From contig JAISGK010000102.1 of assembly GCA_031263155.1 (NCBI GenBank), forward strand, positions 7,028 through 71,027: DNA of 64,000 nucleotides. The letters run 5' to 3'. How positions within the stretch are numbered: position 1 is the stretch's first letter; the number at the start of each line of letters is the position of its first letter. The notes below the pieces were generated by a model. The model did not search any database and was not told the DNA's origin. It saw nothing but the letters and a program-made list of their open reading frames with translations. The DNA comes from Clostridiales bacterium (GTDB taxonomy: Bacteria > Bacillota > Clostridia > Lachnospirales > WQUN01). This document shows, in pieces, positions 46,297 to 54,765 of the stretch. The translations under genes were made by a program, and so were the position numbers.

Positions 46297-48258
46297 ATGC
46301 GAAAGGATTACACCAATGAAAGTATCGTATCCCTTAAGGGAGCGGACAGGGTGCGTAAACGCCCATCTGTCATATTCGGGTCTGATGGAATAGATGGTTG
46401 TCAACACAGTATTTTCGAAATAGTATCCAACTCTATAGACGAGGCGCGCGAAAGCTACGGTAAAAAAATCGAGGTCATACGCCACGCGGATTTTTCTGTT
46501 TCTGTGAGGGACTATGGACGTGGATGCCCTGTAGACTACAATCAGAAAGAACAGCGATACAACTGGGAGCTATTGTTTTGTGAACTCTATGCTGGAGGCA
46601 AGTACGCAAACGACGAAAACGAGAACTATTCGTACAGCTTGGGGCTTAACGGCCTGGGGCTTTGCTCTACGCAATACAGCGCGGAATTTATGGATGTTGA
46701 CGTTTATCGCGACGGATACAGGTACACGCTGCATTTTGAAAAAGGGGAAAATATCGGAGGGCTTAGCAAAGAACAATATAACGGGCACACAGGGTCACTG
46801 ATTACATGGCGGCCCGATCGCGAGGTATTTACTAACATAGCCGTGCCACTGGATTATTATCACGTTATGCTTAAACGTCAGGCTATCGTTAACGCGGGGC
46901 TCAAGTTTGAGCTGTACGACGAAGAGACAGACGAAAATTTTACTTTCTGCTACGAAAATGGCATAAAGGACTACATACAAGAAATATCCGGCTGGTCCGC
47001 CCTGACCGAGCCGTGTTTTTTTAACTACGAAACAAAAGGCAGAGATAGAGAAGACAAACCGGAGTACAAATTGAAGGTTGAGCTGGCCTTTTGTTTTAGC
47101 AATGATACCAATGTTTTGGAGTATTATCATAATGGCAGTTTTTTAGAACACGGAGGCTCGCCAGATAAAGCTGCGAGGTCCGCATTTTTATCGGCGGCCG
47201 ACGCTTATATCAAAAACAATAATTTGTATAAAAAAGATGAGAAGCGCCTTACGTTTGGCGATATAGAAGACTGCCTGGTACTTATCTCCAATTCGTTTTC
47301 TACATCCACAAGCTACGAGAATCAGACCAAAAAATCAATAACAAACAAATTCATACAGGACTCAATGACAGAATTTCTAAAAAAGCAGCTTTCTGTGTAC
47401 TTTGTAGAGAATAAGGTTGACGCGGATAAAATTGCCGCGCAGTTATTGGTTAACAAGCGCAGCCGTGAGAGCGCGGAGAATACCCGCGTCGCGATAAAAA
47501 AGAAGCTGACCGGCGCTATAGATATTAACAGCCGCGTTGAGAAATTTGTCAATTGCAGAACGAAGGACGCACAGCGCCGCGAGCTTTACATAGTGGAGGG
47601 GGACAGCGCGCTGGGCGCGTGCAAACTTGGGCGTGACGCGGATTTTCAGGCGATTATGCCCGTGCGCGGTAAAATACTCAATTGCCTAAAGGCGGACTAT
47701 GACAGGATATTTAAAAGCGACATAATTACTGATCTACTGCGGGTGCTGGGTTGCGGCGTGGAGATTCACCATAGGCACAGCAGAGACATTAACGGCTTTG
47801 ATCTGTCGCAACTGCGGTGGAGCAAGATAATCATATGTACCGATGCTGATGTGGATGGTTTTCAGATACGCGCGCTTATATTAACCATGTTTTATCGTCT
47901 TGTACCGGCTCTTATCGAAGCTCGCAAAGTCTTTATTGCCGAATCCCCACTGTACGAGATCAGTAGCGCCAAGAAGACGTATTTTGCCTACAACGAACGC
48001 GAAAAGGCGCGGATACTATCGCGACTTACGGGCAAGTACATAATTCAACGCTCAAAGGGTTTGGGCGAAAACGAACCCGATATGATGTGGCAAACCACCA
48101 TGAACCCCGAGACACGCAGACTTGTGCTGGTTACTCCCGATGATGAAAATTTGACGCGCGAGATGTTTGAAATCTTGCTGGGAAACAATCTGCGCGGGCG
48201 CAAGGATTTTATAGAACAGCATGGCCAACGATACATCGATGTGACAGAGGTTGTTTAG
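46297..48258 (+). CDS. Second type IIA topoisomerase subunit B (ParE/GyrB-like, divergent N-terminus)
   Basis: GADRVRKRPSVIFG, EIVSNSIDEA (GHKL ATPase), Toprim ELYIVEGDSALG, CTDADVDGFQI, QRSKGLGE. Confidence 0.85.
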   Translation: MRKDYTNESIVSLKGADRVRKRPSVIFGSDGIDGCQHSIFEIVSNSIDEARESYGKKIEVIRHADFSVSVRDYGRGCPVDYNQKEQRYNWELLFCELYAGGKYANDENENYSYSLGLNGLGLCSTQYSAEFMDVDVYRDGYRYTLHFEKGENIGGLSKEQYNGHTGSLITWRPDREVFTNIAVPLDYYHVMLKRQAIVNAGLKFELYDEETDENFTFCYENGIKDYIQEISGWSALTEPCFFNYETKGRDREDKPEYKLKVELAFCFSNDTNVLEYYHNGSFLEHGGSPDKAARSAFLSAADAYIKNNNLYKKDEKRLTFGDIEDCLVLISNSFSTSTSYENQTKKSITNKFIQDSMTEFLKKQLSVYFVENKVDADKIAAQLLVNKRSRESAENTRVAIKKKLTGAIDINSRVEKFVNCRTKDAQRRELYIVEGDSALGACKLGRDADFQAIMPVRGKILNCLKADYDRIFKSDIITDLLRVLGCGVEIHHRHSRDINGFDLSQLRWSKIIICTDADVDGFQIRALILTMFYRLVPALIEARKVFIAESPLYEISSAKKTYFAYNEREKARILSRLTGKYIIQRSKGLGENEPDMMWQTTMNPETRRLVLVTPDDENLTREMFEILLGNNLRGRKDFIEQHGQRYIDVTEVV

Positions 48259-48318
48259 AGAGCATATTTTGCATACTCGCCGGCAACTAACAATGAGAAC
48301 GATAAGGTTGTAAAGTAC

Positions 48319-50499
48319 ATGAAAAATTCTACCGTAGCCGAACAACGTATCGCGGAAACACTGCAAGAAAATTATATGCCCTATGTCATGAGCGTTATAA
48401 TCTCCCGCGCCATACCCGAGATGGACGGCTTTAAACCGGCTCACCGCAAGCTGTTATATACTATGTACAAGATGGGGCTACTATCTGGGCAGCGTATAAA
48501 GAGCGCCGACGTTGTGGGGCAGACAATGAGACTTAACCCACACGGAGACCAAGCCATTTACGAAACCCTGGTACGTCTCACGCGGGGTAACGATGCCCTT
48601 TTGCACCCATTTATAGATAGCAAGGGCAACTTCGGCAAGGTGTACAGCAGGGATATGGCATACGCCGCCAGTCGTTACACCGAGGTGCGCTTGAGTAGCA
48701 TATGCGGCGAACTGTTTAAGGATATAGACAAAAATACTGTAGATATGGCTGACAACTACAACGGTTCAATGAAAGAGCCGCTGTTGTTTCCCACTACCTT
48801 TCCCAATTTGCTGGTAACGTCTAACCAGGGTATAGCAGTGGGAATGGCCAGCAACGTTTGCGGCTTTAACCTTAAAGAGGTTTGTGACGCAACCGTGGCA
48901 TACATAAAAAATCGCGAAACCGATCTGCTCAAATATTTACAGGCCCCTGATTTTTCCACCGGGGGCGAATTGATCTATAACGCCGACGAATTGCGCAGGA
49001 TATATGAGACCGGGCGCGGAAGTTTTAGGTTGCGCGCAAAATATAGGCATGATCCCAAACAAAATTGCGTGGAGATAACCGAAATTCCCTACACAACAAC
49101 AATAGAGGCTATTATTGATAAAATAGCCGCCCTGCTGAAAGCCGGTAAATTGCGAGAGATAAATGATGTGCGGGATGAAACGGACCTTAATGGCTTGCGG
49201 ATAACGCTGGATATAAAGCGTGGCGTAAACCCTGACCTGCTCATGCGCAAGCTATTCGAACAGACGCCCCTGTGCGACACGTTTAACTGCAATTTTAACT
49301 TTCTTGTAAGCAGTAAACCCAGGGTCATGGGCGTGAGGGAAATATTAAACGAATGGCTGAAATTTCGCAAAACCTGCGTAAAGCGGGCAGTAGCCTTTGA
49401 TATTGAGAAAAAGACCGCCCACGCCCATTTACTGGAGGGTTTAGCAAAGGTTCTTGTTGACATTGATAAAGCGATACGTATTATTCGCTCCACAGAGGAG
49501 GACAAAAACGTTATTCCCAACCTTATGGAAGGGTTTGACATTGACAGGGAGCAGGCGGAGTTTATAGCCGAGATAAAGTTGAGAAATCTTAATAAAGAAC
49601 ATGTCATAAGCCGCGTTAACGAGTTGGATAAATTATTTAACGAGCTTAATGAACTGCGTAAACTCTTGTCCAGCGACACAGACATAGAAAACAAAATCGC
49701 GAAAGAATTGAAAGACATCGCTAAAAAGTATAGCGAGCCCCGTCGCACACAGATTGTTTACGAACAAGAGATGCCTGAAATTGCAAAAGAGGATTTGATT
49801 GAAGACTACCCTGTCAGACTATTTTTAACGGCGCATAACTATTTCAAAAAAATAACCGCCGCGTCATTGAGATCGGCTAATGAACAAGCCCTAAAAGAGG
49901 CGGACACGATAATTCAAGAACTGGACGCGCAGAATAAACACGATGTATTGTTTTTCAGTGATATGCAAAACGTATACAAGGTAAAGGCACACGATTTGTC
50001 AGAGTGCAAAGCGTCCGCGCAAGGCGAATTTTTAACTAACACGCTAGGCATGGTCGCGGGAGAAAAGATTGTCTTTATCGCGGTGACACTGGATTATTCG
50101 GGGTATATAATATATGCCTTTGCCAATGGAAAGGTTTCTAAAATACCGATGAATAGTTATGCCACAAAAGTGAATCGCAAAAAAATGATAAACGCCTATT
50201 CAGACAAGTCACGCTTGGTGTTTGCCGCTCATGTGAAAGACGACGCGGACTTCTTTGCCTTGCGCGATTGTGACAAGGCGCTGTTGTTTTCTACAAGTCT
50301 TATTGCCGCCAGCGCATCCAAAAACTCGGTAGGCGTCGCCGTTTTTACCTTAAGGAAAAACAGTACGCTCACCAGGTTGATACACACAGATGATTTCATT
50401 TGCGACAACCCGGAATACTACCGCGTAACCAACATCCCCACTGCCGGACATTTTATAAATGAGCGTGAGCGCGCGGCAAATGGATTAATCAAATCGTAA
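48319..50499 (+). CDS. Second type IIA topoisomerase subunit A (ParC/GyrA-like)
   Basis: YMPYVMSVIISRAIPEMDGFKPAHRK and active-site AASRYTEVRL. The CTD is shorter than in the gyrA at 41096. Confidence 0.85.
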   Translation: MKNSTVAEQRIAETLQENYMPYVMSVIISRAIPEMDGFKPAHRKLLYTMYKMGLLSGQRIKSADVVGQTMRLNPHGDQAIYETLVRLTRGNDALLHPFIDSKGNFGKVYSRDMAYAASRYTEVRLSSICGELFKDIDKNTVDMADNYNGSMKEPLLFPTTFPNLLVTSNQGIAVGMASNVCGFNLKEVCDATVAYIKNRETDLLKYLQAPDFSTGGELIYNADELRRIYETGRGSFRLRAKYRHDPKQNCVEITEIPYTTTIEAIIDKIAALLKAGKLREINDVRDETDLNGLRITLDIKRGVNPDLLMRKLFEQTPLCDTFNCNFNFLVSSKPRVMGVREILNEWLKFRKTCVKRAVAFDIEKKTAHAHLLEGLAKVLVDIDKAIRIIRSTEEDKNVIPNLMEGFDIDREQAEFIAEIKLRNLNKEHVISRVNELDKLFNELNELRKLLSSDTDIENKIAKELKDIAKKYSEPRRTQIVYEQEMPEIAKEDLIEDYPVRLFLTAHNYFKKITAASLRSANEQALKEADTIIQELDAQNKHDVLFFSDMQNVYKVKAHDLSECKASAQGEFLTNTLGMVAGEKIVFIAVTLDYSGYIIYAFANGKVSKIPMNSYATKVNRKKMINAYSDKSRLVFAAHVKDDADFFALRDCDKALLFSTSLIAASASKNSVGVAVFTLRKNSTLTRLIHTDDFICDNPEYYRVTNIPTAGHFINERERAANGLIKS

Positions 50500-50582
50500 A
50501 TAAATCGCCGTAAATGGTTATCAGAATTGCGTGGGAGCTTGAGGCATCTGTGTTACATGTTTAACTACAAGGAGTGGGAACT

Positions 50583-52322
50583 ATGATAAAAAAACTCGCC
50601 AGGTCTATACGCGAGTTCAAAAGCCCTGCTATATTGACCCCAATATTGGTTGTGATCGAAGTTTTTTTTGAGGTCATTATCCCTTTTTTGATGGCGGATC
50701 TCATTGATAATGGCATAGAAAGCGGGGATATGAGGCATGTTGCGTTTATGGGGGTGCTGCTGATTGCGCTGTCGCTGATCGCGATGTTTTTGGGAGCTCT
50801 GGCGGGGTCTGTCGCCGCGAAGGCATCGACCGGTTTCGCGCGTAACCTGCGCAAAGATATGTTTTACAATGTGCAAAACTTCAGCTTCTCTAATATCGAC
50901 AAATTTTCCACGTCCAGCCTTGTCACGCGCCTTACTACGGACGTTATGAATGTGCAAAACGCTTTTCAAATGATAATTCGCATGGCTGTGCGATGTCCTG
51001 TTATGCTTGTAATGTCCTTTATCGCTGCGTTTAGCACCGCGCCCGATTTGGCGCTTATATTTCTTTGCTCCATACCCATTTTGACGATAGGGCTTTTATT
51101 GATTATGACTAGCGTACATCCGATATTTAAGCGCGTGTTTAAAACCTATGACAAGCTGAACAAGATTGTGCAAGAAAATGTACGCGGTGTGCGCGTAGTA
51201 AAAAGTTACGCGCGCGAAAAATTTGAAGAAAGCAAATTTTACGAAGTTAGCAAGCAAATTTTCGACGATTTTTCGCGCGCGGAAAAACGGCTGGCGTTTA
51301 ATATGCCGATAATGCAGTTTTGTATGTTTGGCGGTATGCTGCTTATATCATGGATAGGCGCAAGGATGGTTGTTGGCGGTGAACTGAGCACTGGCCAGTT
51401 GATGAGCGTGTTTACGTATTCGATGCAGATTCTCATGTCGCTGATGATGCTCTCTATGGTATTCGTTATGCTCTATATCTCTCGCGCGTCGGCGGAGCGC
51501 ATTACGGAAGTGCTTGACGAACAGTCTGATTTGACAAACAGGCAAAGCCCCATAACAACGATTAAAGATGGCTCGCTCGTGTTTAACAACGTAAGTTTCA
51601 GTTATAGCGGCGACAAAGAAAAGCTGAGCCTTATTGATGTGAACCTTGAAATAAAATCTGGCGAAACGATTGGTATTTTGGGCGGCACGGGCAGCAGTAA
51701 GACAACGCTTGTGCAGCTAATACCAAGACTGTATGATGTGACCGAGGGATCGCTGACAGTAGGCGGGGTGGATGTGCGTGATTTGGATATAAAAACGCTT
51801 CGGGATAATGTGGCGATGGTGCTGCAAAAGAATATCCTTTTTGGAGGAACGATAAAAGAGAATTTGCGATGGGGCAGCCCAGACGCCACAGACGCGGAGA
51901 TTATACACGCCTGCAAACTAGCCCAAGCCGATAGCTTTATAGAAGAGCTGCCTGATAAGTATGACACAATGATAGAACAAGGCGGTACGAATGTATCGGG
52001 CGGGCAGAAGCAACGCCTATGTATCGCGCGCGCGCTGCTGAAGCACCCCAAGGTATTAATTTTGGACGACTCGACCAGCGCGGTGGACACGCGTACAGAC
52101 GCCATGATACGCAAGTCATTTAAAGAGGATATTCCGCACATCACAAAATTGATAATAGCCCAACGTGTAGCCAGCGTACAAGACGCTAACAAAATAGTTG
52201 TACTTGACAATGGAAAGGTTCACGCCGTGGGTACGCACGACGAGTTGCTTGATCATGATCCCATCTACACAGAGGTATATAATTCACAAACTCAAGGAGG
52301 AGACTTTGATGAAGCGATCTGA
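50583..52322 (+). CDS. ABC exporter, fused TMD-NBD half-transporter (partner 1)
   Basis: 6-TM exporter domain, then Walker A GGTGSSKTT, VSGGQKQR, LILDDSTS. ATG at 50583 lies 8 nt after AAGGAG. Confidence 0.9.
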   Translation: MIKKLARSIREFKSPAILTPILVVIEVFFEVIIPFLMADLIDNGIESGDMRHVAFMGVLLIALSLIAMFLGALAGSVAAKASTGFARNLRKDMFYNVQNFSFSNIDKFSTSSLVTRLTTDVMNVQNAFQMIIRMAVRCPVMLVMSFIAAFSTAPDLALIFLCSIPILTIGLLLIMTSVHPIFKRVFKTYDKLNKIVQENVRGVRVVKSYAREKFEESKFYEVSKQIFDDFSRAEKRLAFNMPIMQFCMFGGMLLISWIGARMVVGGELSTGQLMSVFTYSMQILMSLMMLSMVFVMLYISRASAERITEVLDEQSDLTNRQSPITTIKDGSLVFNNVSFSYSGDKEKLSLIDVNLEIKSGETIGILGGTGSSKTTLVQLIPRLYDVTEGSLTVGGVDVRDLDIKTLRDNVAMVLQKNILFGGTIKENLRWGSPDATDAEIIHACKLAQADSFIEELPDKYDTMIEQGGTNVSGGQKQRLCIARALLKHPKVLILDDSTSAVDTRTDAMIRKSFKEDIPHITKLIIAQRVASVQDANKIVVLDNGKVHAVGTHDELLDHDPIYTEVYNSQTQGGDFDEAI

Positions 52323-54525
52323 TAAGAATTTTGCTCCCCCTCCGCCTGACAAAGATGGAAATTATCCCGGTATGCCAAAGGGATGGAGACCTGGTATGCC
52401 TTTGCCAGAGGGCTTCACTCCCCCACAGCCGCCAAGCGGACGCGGCCCTATGCCCCCTCCGCCGCCGCCAAACGGACACGGCCCCATGCCCCCTCCGCCG
52501 CCACCAAGCGGAGAAACCCCGCCTGTGAATGAAAAACCACTTCAGGCTGGACAGCGCACATATACGAGCAGCGGGGGAGGCTCCGGTTTCGGCAGGGGGC
52601 CGGGCGGCCCCGGAGGCAGAATACCCGTTGCCATAGGGCCGGATGGCAAGCCCATGAAGCCGCAGATAAATTGGGGCATGGCAAAACGCTTGCTGGCTTA
52701 TATAGCGCAGAAGAATAAAATATTACTCGTTATCGTCGCGGTGTGCATTGTGATTAGCTCGCTTGCGAATGTTGTATCCACCACATTTATCCAAAGCCTC
52801 ATAGACGATCACATCGCCCCCATGCTGGCGATGAAGACGCAAAATTTGGACTACAGCGGCCTGCTGTTTGTGATAACCCAAATGGGCGGGATGTTTCTGA
52901 TATGTATGTTTGCATCTCTTTTCTACCAACGGCTGATGGTTACAATTTCGCAGGGCGTATTGAAACGTTTGCGTGACGAGATGTTTGCGCGCATGCAAAG
53001 ATTGCCTATAAGCTACTTTGACCAAAATTCTTACGGTGATGTGATGAGCCGTTACACGAACGACACTGACGCGCTGCGGCAGATGATCTCGCAGACGATA
53101 CCGCAGACGCTTGCTTCGATACTCATGATTGTTTCTGTTACGATAACGATGCTAATACTTAACGTTTACTTGACCATTGTCGTCTTTGCCGTTGTGTTTT
53201 TGATGTTGTTGGTGACGCGCAAGATAAGCTCGTTGTCGGCCACGCACTTTGTTGAGGTTCAACGCTCTTTGGGGGATGTCAACGGGTTTATAGAAGAAAT
53301 GATAAACGGGCAAAAAATCATAAAAGTCTTTACGCATGAAGAGCAAACCAAGGTAGATTTTGACCAAAAAAATGACACACTGTATGATCACGCGTCCGCT
53401 GGCAATCGTTACGCCAATATACTTATGCCCATTATGGGTAACATAGGCAACGCGCAATATGTACTGATAGCGATGATCGGCGGCGCTATGGCGATAAACG
53501 GTTTCGGAGGGGTTTCGCTTGGCGACATAGCGGCGTTTTTGACGCTGTCGCGCTCGTTTGCCCAACCGATAGGCCAGCTATCTATGCAAATAAACGCCGT
53601 AATAATGGCACTGGCCGGCGCGGCGCGCGTGTTTGCGCTTATGGACGAACCAGTAGAAAAAGACGAAGGTTATGTGACGCTGGTGAATGCCAAGTGGGAC
53701 GATGGCAATCTTGTGGAGAGTGACAAACCGACAGGGCTGTGGGCCTGGAAGCACCCTCACGGCGACGGCAGTTTAACATACACAGAGGTAAAGGGCCATG
53801 TTACGCTAAACGATGTGGATTTTGAATACATGCCGGGCAAGCCTGTGTTGCGCGATGTGTCTATATTTGCCAAACCGGGGCAAAAGATAGCTTTTGTTGG
53901 CGCGACAGGCGCTGGCAAAACGACCATTACCAATTTGATAAATCGCTTTTATGATATTGCCGACGGTAAGATACGCATAGACGATATCAACATAAACAAG
54001 ATACAAAAAAACGCCCTGAGACGATCGTTGGGCATCGTATTGCAGGATGTCAACCTATTCACAGGCACTGTGCGCGAAAATATTCGTTATGGCAGACTTG
54101 ACTCGACTGATGAAGAGGTAGAGCACGCGGCCAAACTTGCCAACGCCCATGACTTTATCATGCGACTGCCTAAAGGATATGATACAGAGATAGAGGGCGA
54201 TGGCGGGCAGTTGAGCCAGGGGCAGCGTCAGCTGCTGTCCATAGCGCGCGCGGCGGTCGCCGACCCGCCCGTAATGATACTGGACGAGGCTACATCGAGC
54301 ATAGACACGCGCACGGAGGCGATTGTACAAAAAGGGATGGATAATTTGATGGAGGGCCGCACAGTGATTGTCATAGCACACAGGCTATCTACCATCCAAA
54401 ACGCCGACGCGATTATGGTGCTGGAGAACGGCAGTATAATTGAGCGCGGAAGCCATGAGAGTTTACTTAAAGAAAAGGGCAAGTATTATCAATTGTACAC
54501 CGGGGTGTTTGCGACTCAAGGGTAG
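52309..54525 (+). CDS. ABC exporter half-transporter (partner 2) with a ~125-aa proline-rich N-terminal extension
   Basis: ATG 52309 follows AAGGAGGAG and overlaps the upstream stop by 14 nt. Walker A GATGAGKTT, LSQGQRQL, MILDEATS. The N-terminus is PPPPDKDGNYPGMPKGW...GPMPPPPPPNG... Confidence 0.88.
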   Translation: MKRSDKNFAPPPPDKDGNYPGMPKGWRPGMPLPEGFTPPQPPSGRGPMPPPPPPNGHGPMPPPPPPSGETPPVNEKPLQAGQRTYTSSGGGSGFGRGPGGPGGRIPVAIGPDGKPMKPQINWGMAKRLLAYIAQKNKILLVIVAVCIVISSLANVVSTTFIQSLIDDHIAPMLAMKTQNLDYSGLLFVITQMGGMFLICMFASLFYQRLMVTISQGVLKRLRDEMFARMQRLPISYFDQNSYGDVMSRYTNDTDALRQMISQTIPQTLASILMIVSVTITMLILNVYLTIVVFAVVFLMLLVTRKISSLSATHFVEVQRSLGDVNGFIEEMINGQKIIKVFTHEEQTKVDFDQKNDTLYDHASAGNRYANILMPIMGNIGNAQYVLIAMIGGAMAINGFGGVSLGDIAAFLTLSRSFAQPIGQLSMQINAVIMALAGAARVFALMDEPVEKDEGYVTLVNAKWDDGNLVESDKPTGLWAWKHPHGDGSLTYTEVKGHVTLNDVDFEYMPGKPVLRDVSIFAKPGQKIAFVGATGAGKTTITNLINRFYDIADGKIRIDDININKIQKNALRRSLGIVLQDVNLFTGTVRENIRYGRLDSTDEEVEHAAKLANAHDFIMRLPKGYDTEIEGDGGQLSQGQRQLLSIARAAVADPPVMILDEATSSIDTRTEAIVQKGMDNLMEGRTVIVIAHRLSTIQNADAIMVLENGSIIERGSHESLLKEKGKYYQLYTGVFATQG

Positions 54526-54611
54526 CTGTTATTGTCGCGACAGGACATGGTGAAACAGCAGAAAGGCAGTTAATATATTTTCGTAAGCAGGCAATTTGAA
54601 TATGTTAGGCA

Positions 54612-54657
54612 AAACGAACCTCCGGCTGAGTGGCATCAGCCAGAGGTTCGTTTTTTT
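54612..54657 (+). terminator. Rho-independent terminator after the ABC exporter pair
   Basis: aacgaacctc(c)ggctga...tcagcc(a)gaggttcgtt forms a long stem followed by TTTTT. Confidence 0.75.
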
Positions 54658-54689
54658 GTGCGCGAGCATACTCATAAATATCGATAAAT

Positions 54690-54718
54690 ATTGACATTTT
54701 TAGCGTAAATAGTTATAC
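54690..54718 (+). promoter_or_regulatory. Near-consensus sigma-A promoter of the SLH-protein gene
   Basis: TTGACA (54690-54695), a 17-nt spacer, then TATACT (54713-54718). Confidence 0.55.
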
Positions 54719-54765
54719 TATGGTGCGTTACTGACATTAAAAATCGACAAACCTAGGAGAACGAT

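Noticed and set aside
49089-49748. A 219-aa minus-strand Ser/Leu-rich ORF. Similar antisense ORFs occur at 39151-39669, 40008-40532, 44326-44886 and 45066-45680.
   Set aside because: All are embedded antisense in strongly supported genes (the ParC-like gene, gyrB, the VanW gene and the oxidoreductase). They are low-complexity and have no RBS.
52198-52308. A longer N-terminal extension of the second ABC exporter ORF (the track start at 52198).
   Set aside because: It would overlap the upstream gene by 125 nt. The ATG at 52309 has a strong AAGGAGGAG RBS, so the shorter start is preferred.
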